In this document: piece after piece, positions 27,051 through 38,880 of the stretch | How positions within the stretch are numbered: the first letter of the stretch is position 1 | How the letters are laid out: each line of letters starts with the position of its first letter | Assembly: GCF_006345805.1 (NCBI RefSeq) | Contig: NC_043009.1 | Coordinates: 54,312,001-54,376,000, forward strand | Source of the DNA: Octopus sinensis | Lineage: Eukaryota | Direction of reading: 5' to 3' | Length of the DNA stretch: 64,000 bases | Notes under the pieces: generated by a model | The model's database searches: none | What the model saw: the letters and a program-made list of their open reading frames with translations, nothing else | What the model was told of the DNA's origin: nothing | Translations under genes and position numbers: made by a program

Positions 27051-27153
27051 TTGAGTATAATAGTTAGAGCCGGGGTCTAAGCGTAGTGTATGTACCATGA
27101 AGGGCGAGTGTGAACGAGCGGATTGGTGTGTTTGAGTGACAGAGTTACGAGAC
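27051..27153 (+). repeat. Unclassified ~100-bp dispersed repeat inserted in a SINE; inverted copy at 35714-35817
   Basis: gagtataatagttagagccggggtctaag...gagttacgagacc versus the reverse complement of 35714-35817, about 90% identical by eye. Confidence 0.8.
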
Positions 27154-27229
27154 CTCTTTACGTTCAGAGTTCAAAATCGACTGTGGTCGAATTTGTCTTA
27201 GATTCTTTCGGGGTCGCTAAAATAAACAA

Positions 27230-27554
27230 TTGCAGCGTGGAAGGTGTTTGTAAGCCATTTAAGAAACACACAAAAGCCGTTCGATTCACTTCAACATTTA
27301 AGTTTAATTTGTCAAATATTTTCGTCGCTAAAATCGGCGACCTGTTCACTGACAGCACGGATTTTTGTCAGTGAACAGGTCGCGGATTTTAGCGACGAAA
27401 ATATTTTGACAAATTAAACTTTAATGTTGAAGTGAATCGAACGGCTTTTGTGTGTTTCTTAAATGGCTTACAAATACCTTCCACGCTGCAATTGTTTTCG
27501 TTTCAGCACACGATCTCAGATCAAATTACTTGCTATGCGAGTACATCTCCGTAA
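27230..27554 (+). mobile_element. Palindromic hammerhead-bearing non-autonomous element, copy A
   Basis: ~128-bp inverted arms plus a unique ~55-bp tail; 12-bp TSD taaaataaacaa at 27218-27229 and 27555-27566; interrupts a Meta-core SINE. Confidence 0.85.
27365..27412 (+). ncRNA. Hammerhead fold with G3-C8 core (family E)
   Basis: TTGTCA-GTGAACA-G-GTCGC(GGATTTTA)GCGAC-GAAAATATT-T-TGACAA. Confidence 0.65.
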
Positions 27555-27837
27555 TAAAATAAACAAGCAATCAACTAATGGGTCACTGTAACCTACTCCC
27601 AAACTTGCCCCAAACTTTGTGCCAAAATTTGAAATGATTAAAGCAGCTAGCTGGTAGAATTGTTACCGAATTGGAGAAGATGCTTAACGGCGCTTATCCT
27701 TTTCTTGTTTTTCTTTTATATTTTTTGGCTCTTTATGTTCTGAGTTCCAATGCCATTGTGGCCGGGGTCGCATTTCATTCTTTATGAGATGATAAAATAA
27801 AACTGGGGTCCGTGCTATATCCCCTCAACCAAAGGTG

Positions 27838-27935
27838 CAGGCCTACATATATTGAATAGAGTGTAGACCTAACATGATATATTGAACAGAGTGTAGACCT
27901 GACATGATATATTGAATAGAGAGTAGACCTGACAG
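27838..27935. repeat. 30-bp minisatellite x3
   Basis: gacctgacatgatatattgaatagagtgta units. Confidence 0.85.
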
Positions 27936-28210
27936 AATATGCGAAGCAGTTTTTCCAATGCACTAACGATTCTGCCTGCTCAAAACCTTCCTAGGTTAGA
28001 AACAATTTATACTAGTAGTAATAGTAGTAGTATTGTGACTGTGAGTAGTGAAACAGGAAAGATCTTCAGAAGTGTTTTAAGAATTTGATGGCTCCTTCAA
28101 ATCATGTGGATATTTAAGATTGCTAGCAGTAATCCCACTTAAGTGCCTTGAGGAATAAGACCAGTTCTGAGTTATGTTTCAAATAATATAGATATGCATG
28201 TGCGTATTCA

Positions 28211-28248
<38 letters not shown>

Positions 28249-28271
28249 TGTATGTATGTATATAATAATAA

Positions 28272-28313
<42 letters not shown>

Positions 28314-29678
28314 TGATGATAATAACTAGCAGCAGCAGCAGTAGTAGTAGTAGTAGTAGTAGTAGAGGTGGTGGTGGTGGTGGTGGTGGTGGTGTTGGAG
28401 ATTTATTCAAGGTAGAATTTGTAGGTCCATATAAATATTATTTCTATCTTGCTTAAGCGCTGAGCTGGCAAATCGGGAAAAATGCTTTGCTATATTTTTT
28501 TCCTGGCTCATCAGGACCAACTCTGCCTTTCATCTCTCCGGGGATGATGAAGAAAATAGCCAATGAAGTACTTGCGTTAATGCTATCGACTAAACCCTCT
28601 CCTGAAATTAGTTCGCCTTGTACCAATATTAGAAACGGTAATTTATGCCATGCTTCGTTTTCAGTTCAACCTTACCTTTTATGGTTTCTAAAATATGCCA
28701 ACTGTCAAATGCTGAAAATGACAAATTGATTCCACCGTTATATCGTCCGTATTTGATCGCCTTAGTGTCGCAATTAATAATAATGGTTTCCTGATTGGTT
28801 TCAAATGCCTCACTCAGAAATAATGAGGACAATTATCAGAGGGACGTTGTCAAAAAAAGAAAAAAAAAACAATGAAATAATTTCTCCAAATGCTTCATGT
28901 TGATTATATATTTTGTATCTTTTATTTCCCTATAATTATTGATTTCTAACTTTGGCACGCGGTCGCAATATTTCCGACAGAGTACAGTCAATAAATCTCG
29001 ATATCAAAATATTGATTGCACCAATTTCAATGGCCCGCGAAGGATGAACTAGATTTGAACTCAGAACCTCAAGTTGAATAGTTAAATGGGATATTATATT
29101 AACTGCAGTGATTCACTGACACTTTTATGCCCCATCCTTCAATAATGTTTCTGACACTACTACAATTTCTTATAATTATTTTTTTGTTTCTTCATAATGA
29201 ATATATTCTAATATCCAGTATTTTCAACACAAATAGATCATTTATTCCGATAAGTAATCAGATGTTAACAATATATAAATATGTATGCGTGTGTATCTGT
29301 GTGGAATATATCGTCATAAGGAGACATTTATTATTTATTCATGTTCTTTTGAAAAATTTTCCATAGAAAAACGAGTAAACTCATAGTAGTATACATTTAT
29401 ATTACATATATCACTATGTGTGTGTCTGTGTGTGGCTGCGTGCACGCAAGTAAACGTACACACATAAATACATACATACCTACACCCACGTATACACAGT
29501 GTACAAACGAAAGGAAGTAGTACCCAACATATTTGGCTGAAGTTATATTTGATAAGAGTTTGATTCTGTTTTCATGACTTGAAATATTGTGGGGTGCGTA
29601 GGACATGGCCCTCATATCAATTCTGGAACAGACTCTGTTATCAACATAGATACATATACACACACACACACACACACA

Positions 29679-29725
<47 letters not shown>

Positions 29726-29744
29726 TCAGTTGATGGGGTCCACT

Positions 29745-29975
29745 ACCTCAAATGTTCTTAAAATTTATATCCACATCTTTGTCTATATATATACATTCTC
29801 TATAATGTTGCCACTTGATATGAAAATGTTTGTATTAATGGAAAATCTCTATAATTGGCTGATGAGTGCTCAGCATTTTAAAACTGTGGTAATACTTACA
29901 ACATTTAATAAAATGATGTAGTACGAACCGATCGTATCAAATTACCGGAATCATTCTTGTTGCTTATTTTGATAT
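29745..29975 (+). mobile_element. Repeat family D (hammerhead-bearing terminus ending in (TA)n); second copy at 53880-54110
   Basis: ggctgatgagtgctcagcattttaaaactg...cgatcgtatcaaattacc matches 53991-54110. Confidence 0.75.
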
Positions 29976-29993
29976 ATATATATATATATATAT

Positions 29994-31630
29994 AACGGGA
30001 AGCTTTATGAAAATAAACAAAAGACGAAGGCAGGTGGAAGACAAACGAACAATTGTATTAGTATGGCGCTCAGGAAATATAAATAAAACAAGTCTTTAAC
30101 GTTTCGAGCCTACGCTCTTCAACAGAAAGATACACAGAGAGAGAAAAACACAGAAAGAAGGAGAGAAAAAAAATGCGTGCAGTAGCTAACGAATCAACAT
30201 GGCGATCTGATTTCGGCCAGAGGTCAAAGATCAAACATGAGACGCGAGAGCGAAATAAGGGGAGATAATAGGGTTGATAAAAGGGTTGAGTGACCAGCTA
30301 AAAGTGCGTGGGAGGGGTCTGGATGTGTGTATGTATAGGGTTGGTGTATGTATTAGTATGTATACGGGTGTGTGTGTGTGTGTGTGTATGAGAGAGTATT
30401 AGTGCGTAAGATTGGTCTGGACGTGCGTATGTATGGGGTTGGTGTATGTATTAGTATGTATTAGTATGTATTAGTACGTATTGGTATGTATTAGTACGTA
30501 TTGGTATGTATAGGTGTGTGTGTGTGTGTGTGTGAGAGAGTATAAGTGCGTATGCGGGGTCTGGACGTGTGTATGTATAGGGTTGGTGTAAGTATTAGTA
30601 TGTACTAGTATGTATTAGTATGTATTAGTATGTATTAGTTGGTGTGTGTATTAGTATGGCACATCATATGTGATGTGATGTGTAAAGTCATGTGGTGTAG
30701 TGAGGAGAAGAGGGGGAGGGGGAGAAGAGGGGGGGGGAGAGAAGGGGAGGGGAAGAAGAGGGGGAGGAGAAGGGGGAAGAGGAGACGATGGGGGAGAAGG
30801 AAGGTGAGGAGGGGGATGAAGGAGGAAAGAGGGAGAGGGGGAGAGAGAGAAGGGGAGAGAGGGAGTGAGGGAGCAGAGGGAAGGGGAAGAGGGAGGGAGA
30901 AAGAGGAAGAAGGGAAGGGGAGTAGGGGTGAAAGGATGAAGGACTGAAGAAGTAGGGGTCGGGGGAGAAAGGATAGGTGAGGAGGGGGGAGAGGGGAGTT
31001 AGATGAGGAGGGGGGAGAGTTGAGACCAAATGGCGTATAAGAGCGAAGAGAGAAGATTAATTCCTGTTCACGGCGCAAACGGGAATCCGGATGGCGTCTG
31101 TGTAAGGACAAACCGAACACAGATAGGTGTTGCAAGGAGTGACCGGTGGAGCGGAAATGGCGTGAAACCGGTTGTGTCGTTCGCAAGGTGGATGTCACGA
31201 AGGTGTTCCGCGAACCGGTCAGCCAAGCGGCGTCCCGTTTGTCCGATGTACAAGGAATTGCAGAGAGAGCAAGAGATGCAATAGATAATATTGCTGGAGG
31301 TGCAGGTGAAGGAGTGGATGATGGGATAGGGTCGATGGTGGGTGCTAGTGAGGCGGGTGGTGTTGGAGAGGTAAGGGCAAGTGCGGCAACGTGGGCGGGA
31401 GCAGGGGAACGAGCCGGGTTGGGAGGTAGGGTCAGGGAAGGAGCTATGGACCAAAAGGTCTCGAAGGTTGTGGGCTCGTTTGAAAGAGGGGAGGGGTCGG
31501 TTAGGGAAGAGGTGTGAAGTGGACGGGTCGGACTGGAGATGACGGAAAGCTCGAAGAATGGTGCGTTGGAGACGTAGGGTCGTGGGGTGGTAAGTGAGGG
31601 GAAAAGGGAGGCGGGAGACTACAGGGCGGA
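29994..31630 (-). mobile_element. 5'-truncated Penelope-like retroelement: RT C-terminus, Cys motif, GIY-YIG endonuclease, low-complexity 3' region and hammerhead-bearing terminus
   Basis: RLPFPLTYHP...CSRPRCRTC...IIYCISCSLCNSLYIGQTGRRLADRFAEH, frameshift near 31170-31178, then QPVSRHF...RLRREQELIFSLRSYTPFGLN; terminus abuts (TA)n. Confidence 0.9.
30093..30130 (-). ncRNA. Hammerhead fold (family A) with CUGUUGA core
   Basis: TCTTT-CTGTTGA-A-GAGC(GTAG)GCTC-GAAACGT-T-AAAGA. Confidence 0.55.
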
Positions 31631-31778
31631 GATGAATGAAATATCTTTTTTTTACCGTTAACATGGAAAATTCCATAAACAGTTACCAAGGTAGCAAAAT
31701 TCACGCAAGTAACAAGGTTGTAGCGACCTATTCAAAGGTAGAAACTCCGGGTTAATGTACAGTAATTTGTGTAGTATA

Positions 31779-31842
31779 AGTAAATAAATGGAGTTGAACG
31801 CATAATTTGAATAGCATCTGCGTTCAACTCCATTTATTTACT
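31779..31842. other. Perfect 24-bp inverted repeat with 16-nt loop
   Basis: agtaaataaatggagttgaacgca / tgcgttcaactccatttatttact. Confidence 0.95.
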
Positions 31843-31844
31843 GA

Positions 31845-31881
<37 letters not shown>

Positions 31882-32967
31882 GGTCGGAATAATATATATA
31901 CATATATATATATATTTATATATATGTTCGGAATAATATACACACACTGAAATAGTAGCTGGATCACTGTAAATGTTTTTGCTCGACGGATTTTCGACAA
32001 TGTTGAATCATTTCGAATGTCCTTTATTTTGAAGTTCATGAATTCATTTAATGAAAGCAGTTTCTTTAGAATGATATAATGTGTTCATTAATTAATTAAA
32101 GGAATCGTTAGAAATGGCCGTATTGGATTGACACCTACTGTTACTTATATGTGTGTGTGTATATATATATATATGTATATATAACGTATATATATGCACA
32201 CAAACACAAATACACGCATATAATTATATATGATCTCGACCAGTTATTTTTCTATACAAAGAACTATATTGTCTAATTCATAAAAGTAAACGAAGATAAA
32301 AGAACAACAAAATAACGTTTTTCGAGCAACATTGATATTTTTGAGGTAGAGACACCATAAATGAAATCAACAACAAAAACAACACGAACACGTTTGTAAT
32401 ATTTTAATACTAACCGGAAATGAAAAACTGTACAAACATTTAAAGCCGGAGACAAGAAATAGATACAACAGTAAATGAAATTTAAGCTGCTGAATTTGTG
32501 TCTGAAGAGATGGTGATAGACGCCATTGTAGCCCTAAATATAGACAGTAAAAATTACATTGCTATAAAATTTTACGTTTAAATTTGAAATTATTCAAGTT
32601 TTACACTTCGTTTTTTAGCAAGACGATTGCCGTCGTGGAATTTACATATATGCCAATATTTATTTGTGTCGTTCTCCATTACAATAAGAATTTACTAGAT
32701 TAAAGGTTGGGATTTGATACTGTATGTATCAATTCAATGTTGTTATGGAAAAATGCGTGCATGGAAATCATATACAATATTTTTAACAAAACACACATGC
32801 AAACTTGTTATGAAAATATACCATAGGAAGATTTCAAAGGAACTTTCCATAGTTGAGAATATGAAATAATCCAACTAGCTTAAGAATTCACAGTATGATG
32901 AAATCTGGGTTTATCAATACGTGTGCACACACACACACGCACGCACACACACACATACACACACACA

Positions 32968-33015
<48 letters not shown>

Positions 33016-33351
33016 CATATGTGCATGCTTGTGTGTATATGTATGCATGTATGTATGTGCGTATGTATAAATATGTATGTATAAATAGATAGATGGATAG
33101 ATATGAATACATACAGATATACCGACAAACACATGTGCACACATATATAAACATATCCACCTACAAAAATGCATATAAACACACACGTGCATATATACAC
33201 ATCTTTCTCTCTCTACGTACAAAGACTTCATTATACATGTCAACATGCAAATATATATGCATATATATGTGCACAAACACAATACTATATATATATATAA
33301 TATATATATATATATGCACAATATATAATATATATATATATATACACGCAT

Positions 33352-33396
<45 letters not shown>

Positions 33397-33524
33397 TATA
33401 TATATATACAATTACTCAATACATCTAAAATATTACATTATCATAACTTTGAGTGCATGTGTATGTGTGGTGTGTGTGTGTGTATACACAGACGTATGAT
33501 AAGGAATACGTAATTTAACAAACT

Positions 33525-33670
33525 GGAGGCGTGTGGTTTAGTGTGAAGGGTTTTGCACTCGTGACCGTAAGATTGTTGTTTCGATTCCTTGATCGGGTGA
33601 CACATTGTTTTCTTAAGCAAAACACTTCAATCATCTTGCTCCAATCAACTCAGCTAACAAAACAACAGTG
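33525..33670 (+). mobile_element. Degenerate tRNA-headed SINE 5' part
   Basis: ggaggcgtgtggtttagtg...gtttcgattcc; gctccaatcaactcagct as in the 11603 family. Confidence 0.55.
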
Positions 33671-34034
33671 GGGAATATCTGAGTCACATGAACGGGCAAA
33701 CGGGCTTTTTAAATCAACATGACTCAGGTAAGACCTTTATCTTTTATTCTTTTGCCACTTAAACAAGTTGAAAGAGAGTATGTTTTAGATTAAAAAAGAA
33801 CTTTATTATCTTAATTTTGAAAAATGAATAAAGTATAAAAAAAACGCATTATTTATCAGATGACACAATATGTCTGTCCGTCAATCTGTATGTATGTACG
33901 TAAGTACTTACGTACGTATGTACGTATGTATGTATGTATATATGTATGTATGTGTGTTGTTTGAGTGTGTATATGTATGTATGTATGTGTGTTTAAGTGT
34001 GTAAATGTATGTATGTATTATGTAAAGCGAGATA

Positions 34035-34630
34035 GATGAGTGACAACCTGGCCACTGGTGGTGTTAGTAGACACCATACTAATCATATCTGTCGGGCATG
34101 TGGAAGAGAGTGTAATTCGGCAGGATGACTTAAACAACATGCAAGGGTACATGAAGCCCAGTTACAACTAAAGCCGGCTATTACCGGTAAAGGTTTTAGT
34201 TGCCAATTCTGTACAAGACATTGTTGATCTTTAGCTGGGCTACAAAGTCACCTTCGATCACAGCACCAGTAACAGTTAAGCTTAGTGCAATGGCCATACT
34301 CGATAATGAGGGGGCAGCCATAATGTATTATGTATGTGAGATTGCCTACCTGTGCATATGAAGACAGGATCTGGCGGACTTTGCAACTGAAACCTTCATA
34401 CTGCAACGGAGAGGAAGGCGACTGCGGAAATGCATTGTGGAGTGTAGTGAGCAAGATGGCGCAAGTAAGACATTTTGGTCATCCGCTACATATGTTACCA
34501 TCCCCAGCCGTCTTGATCTGGTCTGGGTCTTGAACTGAGGATGGTTACGGAAGACAGTGAGGTTTGTGGCCACGCAAGACAACTGACATCCATCGATAAG
34601 AAGATGGTCGTCTTTTCGAAGGAGGAACAT
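34035..34630 (+). mobile_element. Two degenerate RTE-clade LINE 3' ends (C2H2-like C-termini)
   Basis: HICRACGRECNSAG*LKQHARVH...CQFCTRHC*SLAGLQSHLRSQH*, then ETFILQRRGRRLRK...SRLDLV; in-frame stops. Confidence 0.5.
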
Positions 34631-35108
34631 GATGCATCTATGTATGTGTCAGTGTGTACATTTTTTTATATATGTTTCTCTATGTAATTATTAATGTTTT
34701 TTATATGTGTGTAGGAATTGATATTCATCTGTCAAATCATCTAGCAAGGATTACAGTGTACCGATCTGTGAACTGGAGAGACATGAGCTGAATATATTTT
34801 GCCATTAATATGAGAGAAGCATGTGAATTGAAGACCAAATTTTATAGTAAAGAAAAAGAAAACTCTACAGCAAGTTGTAAAAATTATTTGTTACTGTATA
34901 GTTGATGTTGTTACGGCCTCTTCTGGTGAAATGTAGTCACTGCACGTATAGTGGAGAAGGGAAACTGTGCTACAAACTAAGCCAAAACAACTTGACCACA
35001 GCCTTGTAGCAAAAATGTTGCACAGAACCGCTACTGGGAGCGCTAATTTAGAAAGTTAAAGAAATAAATAACTGTGATTTGAAGTTGATGACTAAAGAAG
35101 TATCTCTT

Positions 35109-35155
<47 letters not shown>

Positions 35156-35269
35156 GCTCCCTTTCTGTCACTCTCCTCTTTCTTTCTTTCTTTCTTTCTT
35201 TGTGGCTTATTCCCTATTTATTTCAGATTTGCAATTTTATTTATTGTTTTCCTTGCCCCTAACACAAAC

Positions 35270-35306
<37 letters not shown>

Positions 35307-36589
35307 TTATGTCTCTCTCTTTGTCTCACTTTCTCTCACTCTCTCACACACACACTCACTCTCTATCGCTCGCTCGCTCTCTCTCTATTTCTGTCTTACA
35401 CATACACAACTCTCTCCCCCTCTCCCTTTCTCGCATTCTTCCTCTCTTTCCCTTTTTCTTTCTCTGCCATACTCTCCCACTATCATTTTTTTTTCATTAC
35501 CTCTAACTAATTTTACCATTTATTTTACATCAAGCAACTTTATATCTGGCAATCAATTTATTTGGTTACGTGATAATAATAAAGAAAGAAATCGCCGCAA
35601 AACAACAGTGCCAGAAATAATATTTAAAACAAACTAAATCGGTTATGCTCTCTCCTCTCCCTATCATTTCTACATATCCCAACAACAACGGCACCGTATC
35701 CTCTGAGGTTCCTGGTCTCGTAACTCTGCCACTCAAACACACCAATCCGCTCGTTCACACTCGCCCTTCTCGGTACATACACTGCCCTTAGACCCCGACT
35801 CTAACTCTTATACTCAAGCTTTTCTCACTTCTTTCTGGAATTTTCTCTTTGTACAGGTCTTTATTTCAAGTATTGATCTGAAAACAGATGAAACGGTGCA
35901 CTAACGGCATCGAACTAATCAAGAGCCTGCAAATTTAACAGGGCAAACTCAAAACATAAAGGCCCCCCCCCAAAAAAAAAATAAGACACCTAGTCTAATA
36001 ACAAGGACTACAATTATTTGTACTCTGTGTAAAAAGCATGAAATGATGGATGAGGGGTAGGCGATTGCATCGACTCCAGTGCTAAACTGGTACTTAATTT
36101 ATCGACTCCCAAAAGTTTCAAAGGCAAAACCGACCTCAGCAGCATTTGAAATCAAAACGCAAGGCTGGAAGAAATGCCGCTATCCATTTTGCACGGTAGT
36201 AAAGCAGTTACAGTTTTAACCAATGGTCTGCGAAGTTGCATACCAGTATTCAATTTCGTCTCATTACATTCGAAGTTCATATTAGACGAATATCATCTTC
36301 GCTTTTCATCCGCCCGGAAGCTTTTAAAATGACTTGAAAAAGCATACTAGGGCCGATACATACATACATACATACATACATACATACATACATACATACA
36401 TACATACATACATACATACATGCATATATACATACATAATACATTCATACATACATACATACATACATACATACATACATACACACACACATACATACAT
36501 ACATACATACATATATACATACATACATACATATATGTAACGTGGGTGCCCGCTAGGAACTGACGATAATGCTATATACGTGCATTTAC

Positions 36590-36815
36590 ATATGGTGATG
36601 GTGGTGGTGGTGGTGGTGGTGGTGGTGAAGAAGAGAAGACGAAGAAGAAGAAGAGAAGAAGAAGAAGAAGAAGAAGAAGAAGAAGAAGAAGAAGAAGGAG
36701 AAGAAGAAGAAGAAGAAGAAGGAGAAGAAGAAGAAGAAGAAGAAGAAGAAAGAAGAAGAAGAAGAAGAAGAAGAAGAAGAAGAACATTATGATGATGATG
36801 ATGATGATGATGATC
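36590..36815. repeat. (GTG)n-(AGA)n-(GAT)n compound microsatellite
   Basis: Visible. Confidence 0.95.
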
Positions 36816-38498
36816 GAAAGCAAGACAATAAACAAAAGAAAGGCTTGCTGCGCCGTTGTTAGAGCATCAACTCAAAATAATCCAATATTTTATCAGTTTG
36901 CCACCGCCTTCATGACAGCTTCTACTTTCAGTTTCGTTTTTACCAGTCAGTATCAGCTGACATTCTATCGTCACTTAATGTAGAAGAACTGGTCGAGAGA
37001 AAACAGCTGTGGCACTTTTCAAACTGCTATGCAGTCTCTCTACACCGATGTTGTACGCTTTGTGCGTTTGTTCGTTCGATCAATCACTGATTGGCTACTG
37101 TCTGTCTAGCTGTCTGTCTACCTGGCTGTCTGGTTGGCTGGTTGGATGACTGGATGGCTGGATGGCTGGCTGGCGTGCAGGCTGGCTGGCTGGCGTGCAG
37201 GCTGGCTGGCTGGCTTGGCTGGCTGGCTCACCCACACCATTGCTGCCACCATTACGAGACTGATAGGAGGAGCGGGAAGAGTAATTAACGAACAGGAGTA
37301 TTTCAACTATAAAATAATTGTCGTCTCTTTTCCACCACCACCCCTCTTTCGCGCACTCACACACACACGCACACACACGCGTACTTATTCAATCTCACAC
37401 TCACATACTCACACGTATATAATTCAGACACAGGCAAACACTTTATCTTCTCTCACTCATTCCATTCTCTCTCACTCACACTCCGTTATGTTTCTCTCTT
37501 TTGCTCTCTCTCTCCCTCTCATTTACTCTCCCTTTATACTCCTCTTCCTCTCTCTCCGTCTTCCTCTCACTTCCTCTCCCTTTATACTCCTCTTCCTCTC
37601 TCTCCGTCTTCCTCCCTCTCTCTCTAACTCGGACAAACACACCCAGCCGCACACCCACGTATGCATTATACTCCCTCTCTCTTACTCTTCTTCCTCTCCT
37701 CTCTTCTCTCTCTTCCTCTCCTCTCTTCTCTCTCCTCCTCTCTCTATCCCTGCCTCCCTCTTTCTTTTCCTCTATCTCCCCTCTCCTTCTCTTTCCCTCT
37801 CGCGCTCGCTCTCTCTAACACACACAAACACCAAGCCACACACACATTCTGCTCCCCCTGTCTCTGTCTCTCCCACATACATTTTCCACCTTTTCTCTTT
37901 CTTTCTCATTGATTTAACCATTATACATTGTAAACACAAGCTTATGGTACCAAGGGAGCAAGGACATCACAGCATTGTTGCACAGCTGGATTTACTATGG
38001 TACAAATATCAAATTATAAGATTTTATTTCATTTTTTATATATATAAATATTTTTTAAAAGAACAATAGAAATCGAGAAATTGTTTTAAATTTGCAGATT
38101 TTATGTTGCCATAGTTATAACTCAGAAATTTGCATATAATGCTTACTGCTACTTAGTATTAAATATATAATAGTTTTTAAAACATCTGTTTATATTTTAT
38201 ATTGTTGTGGAGTCTGCCTTGTCAGATGGGCAGGAAGAAAATATCATTCTTATTCTATTATATCACATCCAGAACTTAATTAAGTATTTTATCCTGTCTA
38301 TGTTCAAACCCAAAGACTGTGGACCTATTGGAACACTTACATTTAAATATATATGCACTCACAGAAAGATATGATTAACAGTCTAATGCTTTACCGACTG
38401 AGCTATAAAGGCAATATTAGCTTATTAGGGAAAGGCCGAAGTGCTATCGTGGACGGGTTGTGTTTAGGGAATCAGTTGACCCCTATCAAATCCTGCTT

Positions 38499-38530
<32 letters not shown>

Positions 38531-38575
38531 CTATCTCTACCTCTCTCTCTCTCTTTCTCTCTCTCTATATATATG

Positions 38576-38606
<31 letters not shown>

Positions 38607-38714
38607 ATGTGTGTGTGTGTGTGTGTGTGTACATATATATATATATACATATATATACATATATATATACATATATATATACATATATATACATATACAT
38701 ACATATATAAAAAT

Positions 38715-38880
38715 ATATATAGAGCTGAAATTTATAGAGAAACAAAAGACGAAGACAGGTGTATAAACAACATGCAGGTGTATTAGTTTGAGGCTCAGGA
38801 AGGTGAGAAAGTCTTTTACGTTTCGAGCCTATGTTCTTTAAGAGAAATGAGCTCGAGAAAATAAACAGAGAGAGAATAAA
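38715..38880 (-). mobile_element. Degenerate family A Penelope-like terminus
   Basis: aaagacgaagacaggtgtataaacaa...acgtttcgagcctatgttc matches 30010-30130; abuts a TA-rich tract. Confidence 0.7.
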
